NCBI GenBank assembly: GCA_947585915.1
Contig: CANPXJ010000003.1
Location: forward strand, 1 to 38,856
DNA from: an uncultured Bacilli bacterium
Lineage (GTDB): Bacteria > Bacillota_I > Bacilli_A > RF39 > UBA660
DNA: 38,856 nucleotides
Direction of reading: 5' to 3'
Shown here: positions 1-10,100 of the stretch, piece after piece
Position numbering within the stretch: the stretch's first letter is position 1
Layout: the number at the start of each line of letters is the position of its first letter
Made by a program: the position numbers and the translations under genes
The notes under the pieces: model-generated
Seen by the model: only the letters and a program-made list of their open reading frames with translations
Told to the model about the DNA's origin: nothing
The model's database searches: none

Positions 1-680
1 GGTTTAGTACTAAAACTAATAATACCATCTAAAGCATATTTTAAATTTGCTTTAAGCTTAAATTTAGATTCGCCATTATTTCTTTCTAAAACATCATATT
101 CCATATAATAAGTATTAAAACCTATCCAAGAAAATATACCTTTGGAAAAGCGATTTCTTTCATTAAGTTTTAATATTTCTTTTATAACATTACATCGGAG
201 CATTCTAAAATCACTCGCACCATCGACAAACTTTATATCGCTTAATTTATCTATAACTTTATAAAAGCATTTTTTAAAAAAGATAGTTAATTTTTTTTCT
301 TTTCTTTTTTTGTTTACCATAGCTACTTGATCATAATCATTGTTTTCTTCTAAAAAATTATACATTTTAGTTATATATTTTGGATGTTGTTGCATATCAG
401 CATCAATAATACATGTATATTTAGCATTACAATTTTCTAAACCAGCAAAAATAGCTGAATCTTTATTGAAATTACGAGAAAATCTTATTATTTTAATATG
501 TTTATCTTTTTTTGCTAAAACTTTAAGAATATTAAAAGTTTCATCACTACTACCATCATCTACATATATAACTTCATATTCAATACTTTTTAATTCAGTA
601 ATTAAAGTTTTATTAAATAGGTTTAAATTTCCTTCTTCGTTAAAACATGGAACAATAACACTAAGTTCTTTCATATACAT
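1..680 (-). CDS. GT2 polyprenol-phosphate glycosyltransferase (GtrB/CsbB-like), 3' end runs off the window
   Basis: Not in the ORF track. Manual translation of the minus strand gives M(YM)KELSVIVPCFNEEGN...YVDDGSSDET...FSRNFNKDSAIFAGL...IIDADMQQHP...DGASDFRML...RFSKGIFSWIGF. Start is ATG 680 or 674. Confidence 0.9.
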   Translation of the reverse strand, partial: MYMKELSVIVPCFNEEGNLNLFNKTLITELKSIEYEVIYVDDGSSDETFNILKVLAKKDKHIKIIRFSRNFNKDSAIFAGLENCNAKYTCIIDADMQQHPKYITKMYNFLEENNDYDQVAMVNKKRKEKKLTIFFKKCFYKVIDKLSDIKFVDGASDFRMLRCNVIKEILKLNERNRFSKGIFSWIGFNTYYMEYDVLERNNGESKFKLKANLKYALDGIISFSTK

Positions 681-751
681 CACAATTCTATTATATTACA
701 TAATAAAGTTAGTTGTAAAACTTTTTAGATTAAAAAAAGATGTTAAATTTG

Positions 752-1561
752 TTAGGCAACATCTTTTAAAATATTTTCAAGTTCTTCTTCGCTTAAATTT
801 AATGATTTACTTATTATATCTTTGGAAACGCCATTTTTATAAAAATTGATAGCATTGGTAGAGATGGTAGTTCTCATTACATAATGTTCTCTTGAAATTT
901 TATCTAATCTTTCTTTTTCTTCTTTGTCATATAATGCCATTACCTCGGGGTCTCTACTTAATTTTTTTAATAATTCTACTGCTTCTCTTAAGCGTTGGTT
1001 ATCATATTTTTCCATATTCCACGATTCCCTCTCTTTTAATATTTCTATCCATTCTCTTAATTTTTTACTTATATTTCCTTCTTCTTTTAATGCTATCATG
1101 TATATCTGTAAGATATCACTTACATCTTTTTTGTTATTAGTGTTGATTAATTTATAACAATTTTTTATTGTTTTATAGTTTTCATCTTTATAATCTAAAA
1201 TGTTAATAGCTATATGTTTAGTTAGATTATCATAATTTTCTCCTTCTTCAAAGCTTCTTGTTATCATTTTAGAAAGATAGTAGATACTTCTTTTTAACAT
1301 ATCACCATTTTTACTTTTTTGCATTTCAATATTAATTTTAGTACCATCATTAAGCTCGGCAATAACATCTAATCTACTTTCTTTATTATTATCATACTCT
1401 TTTTGCATAGTGGTGTCTAGATAAATTAAATGATTAATAGGTATATTAAGTAAATCAGTTAAAAAAAGTTTTAAAATCTTTTCATTATGGAAGAAAGAAC
1501 GAAAGCAGCCATCAGAGACTACTGGAACGAAATAATCATTTTTTTCTTTAAGTTTAGTCAT
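752..1561 (-). CDS. Rpn family recombination-promoting nuclease / PD-(D/E)XK nuclease family putative transposase
   Basis: Motifs SRLDVIAELNDGTKINIEMQ and RSIYYLSKM; C-terminal HTH-like tail (GVSKDIISKSLNLSEEEL); GGAGG RBS upstream. Confidence 0.88.
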   Translation of the reverse strand: MTKLKEKNDYFVPVVSDGCFRSFFHNEKILKLFLTDLLNIPINHLIYLDTTMQKEYDNNKESRLDVIAELNDGTKINIEMQKSKNGDMLKRSIYYLSKMITRSFEEGENYDNLTKHIAINILDYKDENYKTIKNCYKLINTNNKKDVSDILQIYMIALKEEGNISKKLREWIEILKERESWNMEKYDNQRLREAVELLKKLSRDPEVMALYDKEEKERLDKISREHYVMRTTISTNAINFYKNGVSKDIISKSLNLSEEELENILKDVA

Positions 1562-1883
1562 TATACCTCCCTGATAATTATTAAAATTTAAAAACTGCTT
1601 ATTAAGAACTACAATAATTTTTACATATTTAAATGCCTCCTTTTTTACCCCTTCACTTATATATTATAAATTTTTTCTCCATTTCCTTTTTTTTTAATAA
1701 AATTTTTGCTAAATTCAATAATATATTCAAAAATTACTATTTATAGTATAATGATAAAGAAGAAATAAGTAGTTAATAAGAGAGAAAAAAATATAGGATT
1801 AAATGATTATAAAATAATTTTAGCTGGAATGAGACTATAATTTTTGATATTATAGATAAAAATTTAAGTAAATGAGGAATTAG

Positions 1884-4064
1884 ATGAAAAAGAAATATTG
1901 GCTGTGGGCATTTTTATTATCACTTCTTTTAGGAGCTATAATTGTTATACCTAATATTATTTTAGGTGGCAAAGGAATATATACATTATTTGCTGATTTA
2001 AATTTTCAACAAATACCATTTAATAAAATGATTAATGAAGCTATTAAAAGTGGTAATATTCTATGGAATTGGCAAAATGAATTAGGTAGTAATTTTATAG
2101 GTACATTTAGTTTCTATAATTTGTTTTCTCCTTTTAATATTATTGGGTATTTATTTCCGGCTAAGTTTTTTCCTTATTTAATTGGACCTATTTTTATTTT
2201 GAAATATGCAGTAGCTGGCCTTACTTCTTATTTATTTTTAAAGCGTTATGTTAAAAACCCAAAATATGCTATCATTGGGTCATTACTATATAGTTTTTCA
2301 GGTTTTCAACTTACTAATATTATATTCTATCATTTTCACGATATTGTAGCTTTCTTTCCTTTACTTTTGTACACTTTAGATAATTTAATATATGATAATA
2401 AAAAAGGTGGATTTGCTTTAGTTTTAGCATTATGTGCTATAACTAATTGGTTTTTCTTTATTGGCCAAGTAGTATTTCTAGTTCTATATTTTCTAGTAAA
2501 AGTTATAACTAAAGAATATAAAATGAATAAAAAGAAATTTATACAATTAATAATTGAAGGTTTAATTGGGTGTGGAATAGCAGCCTTTGTATTAATTCCT
2601 TCCCTTTTATTTACTATGGGAAATCCTCGTGTTAATTCCTCTTGGACATTATCTAGTATGTTAAAACATGGAGGAACAACTTATTTAGAAATATTAAGAG
2701 CCTTAATTATGCCTCCTGAGATTATGAGTTATAGATCTATAATAACTCCAAGTAATTTTACTAGCATCGAATTATACTTGCCCTTCGTTGGTTGTGTTTT
2801 AGCATTTAGCTATTTAATTAAAAATTATAAAAAATGGGATAGTATTCTTTTGTTAATTTTATTTGTTTTTATGTTATATCCAATTTTAAATAGTACTTTT
2901 TTTGCATTTACTACTAATTACTACGCTCGTTGGTTTTATATGCCAATATTATTACTTTCTTTGGTAAGTATTAAAACTCTTGAAGAAAAAATTAAAATCA
3001 AAAAGGGAATCATTGCTACGATTATAATTGGGGGTTTATTTATTATTTTATCTATACATTGGTTTAAACATTCAGGAGCGAAAATTTTCATTTATGATAA
3101 ACCATATTTTATGGCAAGTATAATTTTAACGATAATAAGTATAATTGCTCTAATGTTAGTTAGTTTAATTAAAAAGGAAAATAAAAAGATAACTATTATA
3201 ATTATTTTAATATTTATAAGTGTTGCTTATTGGGGGAATTATCTAACTTATACTTATAAATTGAAAACCTTTAAAACAGAAGATAGTTATTATAATTATG
3301 TAACTGGCAAAGATAACTATAATGTAGATAAAAATGTTAGAACTAATAGTGTAGGGTGTTATTATAATAGTAGCTATTTATATGATGTTAAAAATTTATA
3401 TAATTGGAATAGTAATTTAAATAGCACTGATTTTGAATTCTATTATAGTTTAGATTATCCTAGAGTGATCCAAACTGAAATATCTGTTGAAGATAAATCT
3501 TTAAATGATTTCTTAGCCGTTCAATATATTTTTGATTGTTCAAAAATAAATATAGAGAATTATGGTTATAAACTTTCCAAAAAGGAAAATACGTATGATT
3601 TGTATGAAAATAAAGATGCAAAGCCGGTGGGATTTATTCTAAATTCATATATGTCGTTGTCAGAATTTAAAAATTTAATAACTATGGAAAAACCAAAAGT
3701 CCTTAATGAAAAAATAATTCTTAATAATGAACAAATAAAAAAATATAAAAATTTATTTGAAAAAGATACTAATTATACCAGTACTGATTTTAAATATTTA
3801 AAAAATAGTTTTAAATCGACTATTACTACCGATAAATCGGCTCTTGTTCTTTATACAATTCCTTATGATAAAGGATGGAAAGCGTTTAATAATAAAGAAG
3901 AGGTAAAAATTGAAAAAGTTGATAATGGTTTAATGGCTATAAAAGTAGCAAAAGGAAAAAATAATATTACTTTTAAATACTTCCCACCAGGCTTAAAAGA
4001 AGGATTAATTCTAACGATAATAGCATTTATTAGTTATTTAATATATATGAAGAAAAAAATTTAG
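1884..4064 (+). CDS. YfhO family membrane glycosyltransferase (GT-C)
   Basis: Multi-TM N-terminal region with D..QQIPF, LG.NF..FSFY.LFSPFN, LYSFSGF; C-terminal TIPYDKGWKA...FKYFPPGLKEG typical of YfhO. Confidence 0.88.
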   Translation: MKKKYWLWAFLLSLLLGAIIVIPNIILGGKGIYTLFADLNFQQIPFNKMINEAIKSGNILWNWQNELGSNFIGTFSFYNLFSPFNIIGYLFPAKFFPYLIGPIFILKYAVAGLTSYLFLKRYVKNPKYAIIGSLLYSFSGFQLTNIIFYHFHDIVAFFPLLLYTLDNLIYDNKKGGFALVLALCAITNWFFFIGQVVFLVLYFLVKVITKEYKMNKKKFIQLIIEGLIGCGIAAFVLIPSLLFTMGNPRVNSSWTLSSMLKHGGTTYLEILRALIMPPEIMSYRSIITPSNFTSIELYLPFVGCVLAFSYLIKNYKKWDSILLLILFVFMLYPILNSTFFAFTTNYYARWFYMPILLLSLVSIKTLEEKIKIKKGIIATIIIGGLFIILSIHWFKHSGAKIFIYDKPYFMASIILTIISIIALMLVSLIKKENKKITIIIILIFISVAYWGNYLTYTYKLKTFKTEDSYYNYVTGKDNYNVDKNVRTNSVGCYYNSSYLYDVKNLYNWNSNLNSTDFEFYYSLDYPRVIQTEISVEDKSLNDFLAVQYIFDCSKINIENYGYKLSKKENTYDLYENKDAKPVGFILNSYMSLSEFKNLITMEKPKVLNEKIILNNEQIKKYKNLFEKDTNYTSTDFKYLKNSFKSTITTDKSALVLYTIPYDKGWKAFNNKEEVKIEKVDNGLMAIKVAKGKNNITFKYFPPGLKEGLILTIIAFISYLIYMKKKI

Positions 4065-4117
4065 ATTATATAACATAACTTTCTATTTTATGATATTATT
4101 ATATAGAGGTTTTGACT

Positions 4118-5410
4118 ATGAAAGAAAAGGTTACTAAATTAATAAATGTTGTAAAAAAAGATGGTTTAATAAAAGGAATAAGCAAAATGGTAAGATATTA
4201 TTCAGCCAACTATTTAAGCAAAATAAATATTTTTGCTTCTTTAGATATAAAAAAAAATAAAGAAAAGTATTCTCAAGAATTAGAACAAATTTTAAAATCT
4301 AAGTATGATAGAATTATTTTGTGGCGTAGTAATTTTGGTTGGAATGTTCCTTTATATCAAAGACCTCAACATATGGCTGTTTCTATGGCAAAAAAAAATA
4401 CTTTGGTTTTATATGAGGTAACAACTTTTACTGATAAGGTTAAAACTATTAAAAAAGTTGATAAAAATTTATATTTAATTAATTTTAATAATAAAGAATA
4501 TGCTAAATTAGTCTTTGCTAAATTATCTAAAGTCAAAAAACCAAAATACGTGCAAGTATATTCAACTGAATGGTTAATGGGTGTTAGTGATTTAAAAGAA
4601 TATATAAATAATGGTTATAAAATTATTTATGAATATATTGATGAATTAACAGCCGATATTGCCGGGACTAAAGAAATACCTCAAAATATTATGGATAAAT
4701 TTAATTATGCCATTCAAAATAAAGAAGATGTCTATATTGTAGCTACAGCAGATAAATTATATAATGATATAACCCAAAAAAGAGGACAAACTAAATTAAT
4801 TTTTTCGACTAATGGGGTAGATTATGATTTTTATCAAAAATTTAGTAACTTTAAGTTAGAAAAAAGTTATTTAGATATTATCAAAAATGGCAAGATAAAT
4901 ATCGGTTATTATGGTGCTCTTGCTAAGTGGTTTGATTATGATTTAATTAAAAAAATTAGTAAAACCAATAAATATAATATAATTTTATTTGGGGTTAAGT
5001 ATGACGAAGCTTTTGATTTATCAAAAATAGAAAAAGAAGAAAATGTTTATTATATGGGTGTTAAAGAATATAAATATTTAAAATATTATGCTAGAAAAAT
5101 AGATATTTTAACTATTCCTTTTATAATAAATGATATAACTAAATCAACTTCTCCATTAAAATTATTTGAATACATGGCCCTTCATAAACCAATAGTGACA
5201 ACTAATATGAATGAATGTCAAAAATATAAATCAGTTTTAACTGCTAAAAATCATCAAGAGTTTATTAAAAAATTAGAGATTGCTTATGAAAATAAAGATG
5301 ATAAAAAATATTTAAACCTTTTAGATAAAGAAGCGTGTGAAAATTCATGGAATCAAAAAGCTGAAGCTTTAATAAGTTACTTGCAAGATGAAGAAAAGGA
5401 ATTATTATGA
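4118..5410 (+). CDS. GT-B fold glycosyltransferase (group 1, TuaH-like)
   Basis: QRPQHMA, NGVDYDF, IGYYGALAKWFD, SPLKLFEYMALHKPIVTT motifs; ATG 4118 follows GAGG. Confidence 0.85.
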   Translation: MKEKVTKLINVVKKDGLIKGISKMVRYYSANYLSKINIFASLDIKKNKEKYSQELEQILKSKYDRIILWRSNFGWNVPLYQRPQHMAVSMAKKNTLVLYEVTTFTDKVKTIKKVDKNLYLINFNNKEYAKLVFAKLSKVKKPKYVQVYSTEWLMGVSDLKEYINNGYKIIYEYIDELTADIAGTKEIPQNIMDKFNYAIQNKEDVYIVATADKLYNDITQKRGQTKLIFSTNGVDYDFYQKFSNFKLEKSYLDIIKNGKINIGYYGALAKWFDYDLIKKISKTNKYNIILFGVKYDEAFDLSKIEKEENVYYMGVKEYKYLKYYARKIDILTIPFIINDITKSTSPLKLFEYMALHKPIVTTNMNECQKYKSVLTAKNHQEFIKKLEIAYENKDDKKYLNLLDKEACENSWNQKAEALISYLQDEEKELL

Positions 5411-5829
5411 TAAAAAAAGTGAAAAAATTATATAAAAAATATGATGAAATTATTAATTATTTAATAGTTGGAGTTTTAACAACTATTGTTAGTTTAATTA
5501 TTTATTATGGACTTGTTTATACTATTTTAAATCCTCAAAACGCCATCCAATTACAAATTGCTAATATCTTATCTTGGATTGGAGCAGTAGCTTTTGCTTA
5601 TATAACTAATCGAAAATATGTTTTTAAAAGCAAAAGTAAAAATATCAAAAAGGAAGCTGCATCTTTTGTTTCATCACGAATTCTTACTTTGCTTATGGAT
5701 ATGGGTGTAATGTTTTTAACAGTTACTATCTTTAAAATGAATGATAAAATAGCTAAGTTAATTAGCCAAGTAATTGTTACTATTGCTAATTATGTATTTA
5801 GTAAGTTATTTGTTTTTAAAAATAAATAA
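5407..5829 (+). CDS. GtrA family lipid-linked sugar flippase
   Basis: 140 aa, about 4 TM segments, YLIVGVLTT, AFAYITNRKYVF, NYVFSKLFVF; ATGA overlap with the upstream GT. Confidence 0.92.
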   Translation: MIKKVKKLYKKYDEIINYLIVGVLTTIVSLIIYYGLVYTILNPQNAIQLQIANILSWIGAVAFAYITNRKYVFKSKSKNIKKEAASFVSSRILTLLMDMGVMFLTVTIFKMNDKIAKLISQVIVTIANYVFSKLFVFKNK

Positions 5830-5836
5830 AGAATAT

Positions 5837-6416
5837 TTAAAAACTTGTTAATTCTTTAAAAGTCTTTAAATATTCTTTTTCTACTTCTTTCATATCTCTA
5901 AAAGAGGTATCAATGTCTAACTCTCTTCTTAAATTTTTGGTGGCCCAATTATCTTTATTATTCATAAGAACTTTAGCCTCATTATATAAAACTTCATTAT
6001 CAGATATTTTAATAATTTGTTTTAAGGTTTCATTATAAGGTGGTAAATTAAATCTTTGTAAAATAGCTTCTTCAATTCTTTCCTCGTAAAATAGCTTCTT
6101 CAATTCTTTCCTCAGCTTTATTGTATTCAGGAATTGTCACTTTAAATGGTTTAGGTAAATCACTAATATAAACTTCTGTAGCATCGTGAAGTAAACCATA
6201 AAGTTGAATATTTTTATCATAACCTAAATCTTTTAAATCTTTACAAACATTTAAACAATGTTGTGCAACGCTATAAAAATGTTTGCATTGACCAGCATAA
6301 CGACAAATTAAAGACAACCCATGAGCAATGTCTTCAATATTAACATCTTCGCTTTGGGGGTCGAAGGCCCAAAATTCACCAGTATAAGTTTCTTGAACAA
6401 AACCATTTCTTTTCAT
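5837..6416 (-). pseudogene. HD-domain phosphohydrolase (YfdR/YfbR-like 5'-deoxynucleotidase), frameshifted by a 28-bp tandem duplication
   Basis: IEDIAHGLSLICRYAG...FYSVAQH...GLLHDATEVYISD. Both track ORFs (6072..6467 and 5837..6103) contain EERIEEAIL; removing one repeat copy gives one 552-nt ORF (183 aa). Confidence 0.85.
6058..6113. repeat. Exact 28-bp tandem duplication
   Basis: GTAAAATAGCTTCTTCAATTCTTTCCTC at 6058-6085 and 6086-6113. Confidence 0.97.
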
Positions 6417-6445
6417 ACTTATCACCACTCTCATGATAATAATAT

Positions 6446-6459
6446 CATACATATGTTTG
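6446..6459 (-). promoter_or_regulatory. LexA (Cheo)-like box in the spacer of the HD gene promoter
   Basis: CAAAC-ATAT-GTATG on the minus strand, between TTGATT and TGnTATTAT (17-nt spacer). Confidence 0.5.
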
Positions 6460-6482
6460 CTAATCAACTAATATTTGCGATT

Positions 6483-7028
6483 TTACACACCAAATATTAA
6501 TTCCTGGGCTTTAGCCTTTATATAAATAGCAATTTCATCTAAACTTTGATTTATTTCTTTTTTAAAGTATTTAAATATTAAATTAATAGCTCCATCAGTA
6601 AAAAAGATGATATCTAATTCTTTATTTTTATTATTTAAAATTAAAGTTAGAGAATCATTAATTCTTTTACTAATCCAACCCATGAAAATTAAAGCTTCAT
6701 CCGAAAATAGTAATTTAGAATAGATACTTTCATTTTCTTTTAAAAAATGAAAAATATTATCAAAATATAAATTAATATCTTCTTTAGTATGAACGCTTTT
6801 TTTAAATTCAAAAACCTCTTTAGTAATTTCTTCTTGAAAAACTTGGGCAACATCATAAATATTATCAAAATGACTATAAAAAGCTCCTCTTGTCAAACCG
6901 GCTTTTTTAACAAGTTCGGTCACAGTTATAGCTCTAATTTCTCTTTTTTCTTCAATTAATTCGGCAAAGGCCTTTTTAATTAGTTCAATTGTTCTTTTCG
7001 AAGAAGAGTTAACACCTTTTAATTTCAT
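6483..7028 (-). CDS. TetR/AcrR family transcriptional regulator
   Basis: N-terminal HTH ITVTELVKKAGLTRGAFYSHF; divergent from the MMPL gene. Start is 7028 or 7034 after AGGTGGTG. Confidence 0.92.
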   Translation of the reverse strand: MKLKGVNSSSKRTIELIKKAFAELIEEKREIRAITVTELVKKAGLTRGAFYSHFDNIYDVAQVFQEEITKEVFEFKKSVHTKEDINLYFDNIFHFLKENESIYSKLLFSDEALIFMGWISKRINDSLTLILNNKNKELDIIFFTDGAINLIFKYFKKEINQSLDEIAIYIKAKAQELIFGV

Positions 7029-7077
7029 TTTCATCACCACCTTTATTATAACATAATTTTAACAAATAGTTATATAC

Positions 7078-7109
7078 TGTTTAAATTTAAACATTGTTCA
7101 CAAATTTGT
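7078..7109. promoter_or_regulatory. Candidate TetR operator palindromes
   Basis: Perfect 16-bp palindrome TGTTTAAATTTAAACA (7078-7093) and 10-bp ACAAATTTGT (7100-7109) in the tetR/MMPL divergent spacer. Confidence 0.5.
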
Positions 7110-7172
7110 TGTTCAACTTTTTTTATAATAGGAGTAAACTAGAATAGTTGTAAAAAGAGGGAGTGTTTTGTA

Positions 7173-10100
7173 ATGAAAAAAATAACAAACTTTATTGTGG
7201 AAAAAAGATATTACTTTTTAGCTTTATTTATAATACTTGCTGGTATTTGTTTATTTTTAGCAACAAAAGTTAATATTAATGAGGATATTATAAAGTATTT
7301 GCCTAAAGATTCCGAAACTAAAATTGGTAAAGATATAATGGACGAAGAATTTGCTCAAGAAGATTCTTCGACTTTAAATGTTATGTTTAAAAATTTATCA
7401 AAAAAAGAAAAAGAGCAAACTTTAGAAGATTTAAAAGCTCTTGAAGGAGTTAGTTCGGTCGAATACGAAAATACTAAAGAATATAATAAAGATAAATATA
7501 CTTTATATGTTTTAAATGTTGCTGATTATAATGATTCTAAAAAAGCAACTAACGTTTATAATGAAGTTCAAGATAACTTTAAAACTGCTGGGATGAGTGG
7601 GTCAATATATGATGCTAATAAACCTGTTTTACAAACTTGGGTTGTTATTTTAGCAATAGCTTGTGCAATGGTAATTCTTATTATATTAAGTGATTCTTAT
7701 ATTGAACCATGGTTATATTTAATATCTATTGGTATAGCAGTTTTTATTAATAAAGGTACGAATATAATGTTTGATAGTGTTTCTTCTATCACTAATTCCA
7801 TTGTAGCTATTTTACAACTTGCACTTTCTATGGATTATTCAATTATGCTTTCTAATAGATATAAACAAGAAAAAGAAAAAAATCCTAATAAAATTGCTGC
7901 TATGAAAGAAGCCTTGTATCATTCATTTAAGGCAATTTCTAGTAGTTCGGTAACTACGATTGTGGGTCTTCTAGCTTTAGTGTTCATGAGTTTTACAATT
8001 GGTAAAGATTTAGGCTTTGTTTTAGCTAAAGGAGTACTTTTAAGTTTAGCTAGTATCTTCTTCTGTTTACCAGCTTTACTCTTAATTTTTGATAACTTAA
8101 TAGCTAAAACTAAGAAAAAAACACCAAAGTTTAATTTAACTAAATTAGGTAAATTTATTTATAAAACAAGATTTGTCCAAGCGGCTTTAATTATTGGTTT
8201 ATTTATAGCTGCTTACTTACTTAAAGGCAATATCAACATTTTATATACAGCTTCGGAACAAGATAAAGTTGGTAAAGTCTTCCCCGCTACCAATCAAATG
8301 GCTATTGTTTATAATAACAAATATGAAGATATAATTTCGAAATATTGTCATAGTTTAGAAAAAGACAAAAAAATAGATGAAGTCTTATGTTATTCGAATA
8401 CTCTTAATGAGAAATTAGCTTACGATGAATTAAATCAAAAATTTAAAGATTTAGGTCAAGATGTGGAAATAGATGATTATTTAATTAAAATTATTTACTA
8501 TAATTATTATAATCAAGATGAAAATAATAAAATGACTTTAGATGAGTTTATAACTTTTATAAAGTCAGATATTTATACTAATGATAATTTTAAAAACTCT
8601 CTTAATCAAAATATGAAAAATAGTATCAATACTTTAGAAAACTTTACTGCCCCATCTTTAATTAATAAGAATAGAACCCCAGAAGAAATTGCGAGTATTT
8701 TAGGAATGGAACAACAAGACGCTCAAAATATACTAATCTATTATAATAGTAAAAATTTAGATACGAAAATGACTATCAAAGAATTTGGAAACTTTATGTT
8801 AAGTGATGTAGCAAATGACCCTAAATATTCCGCTAGTATAGATAAGCAAACGCTAGCAAAATTGCAACAATTACAAAATTTCACTAATGTTTCGCAAATT
8901 AATAAACAAATGTCGGCAAAGGAAATAGCAAATATTTTTGATATAGATAAAAGTCTAGTAGAGCAGTTATTCTTATTTGCCAAAACTAATTCAGAAAGTA
9001 AGACAACTTTAACTTTAAATGAATTTGCTAACTTTGCTCTTGAAATGGCTAAAGAGCCTACTTATCAAAATATGTTTGATCAAAATACTCTTAATTCTCT
9101 AAATCTTTTAAAGACTTTAAGTGATGAAAACATTATCAATAATCCTCTAGATCAATCTAATATGCAAACTTTACTTAATAATCTAGGTTTTAATCTTGAT
9201 GTATCTCTTTTATATACTTTCTATACGGGAGTAAATAGTGATACAACTTTAACTTTAAATGAATTTGCTACAACGGCTCTTGCTATGGCTGATAATGGAT
9301 ATGACGCTTATTTTGATGTCCAGCAATTACAAGTTTTACAAAATTTAACAACTAAAGAAAAATTAACAAAAGAAGTTTTATATCAAACATTTAATATAAG
9401 TAAAGATACTTTAGGAGAAGTATTATTTAAAAAAATAGATGATGCTATAACTACTGATGAAATGACTCCTTCAGAATTTGCAAATACTCTTCAAGATTTA
9501 CTAAATAATCCTGATTTAGGTTTAAGTGAGGAACAAATAAATGCCTTAAAAGAAAGCTTAACAACAGCTCAAAAACTTATTAATGATATTACTTCTCATT
9601 CAAAAACTGAGATTGCCAGTATCTTAAAGCAAAATGAGACCATTGTTAGTATGATTTATGGGGTCCATGATGTAAATAATAAAGTTAAACCTATATCTTT
9701 AAAAGAATTAATTAATTTCTTAACTTTAAATAAAGATAATACTTTTATAAAACCATATTTAGAAAATAAAATAGATTTATTAAATTTAGCTTATATGATT
9801 GTAAACAATTCTCAAAATCTTTATAGTTATCAAGAAATAAGTAAAATAACTAATACAAATGTTGCTCAAGTTAAACAAATATATGGTGCTTATGACTATT
9901 ATCATGAAATAACCAAAATGACTCCTTTGGAATTTGCTAACTTAATTATTAATAATAAAGATAATACCCTATTAAAAGGAAAATTATCTAAATCAGCCTT
10001 AAGTGAATTAACTATGGTTAGAGAAGTTATGCTTGCTACTTTAAATCAAACTAAGTATTCGGTATCTAACTTAAGTTCATTACTAGGTATTAATAATGAT

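Noticed and set aside
340-1157. Plus-strand ORFs 340..849, 892..1140 and 924..1157
   Set aside because: Antisense shadows of the GT2 and rpn genes; no RBS or recognisable motifs.
752-1561. rpn as an IS element
   Set aside because: No terminal inverted repeats or target duplication found; the family label 'transposase' is not evidence of mobility.
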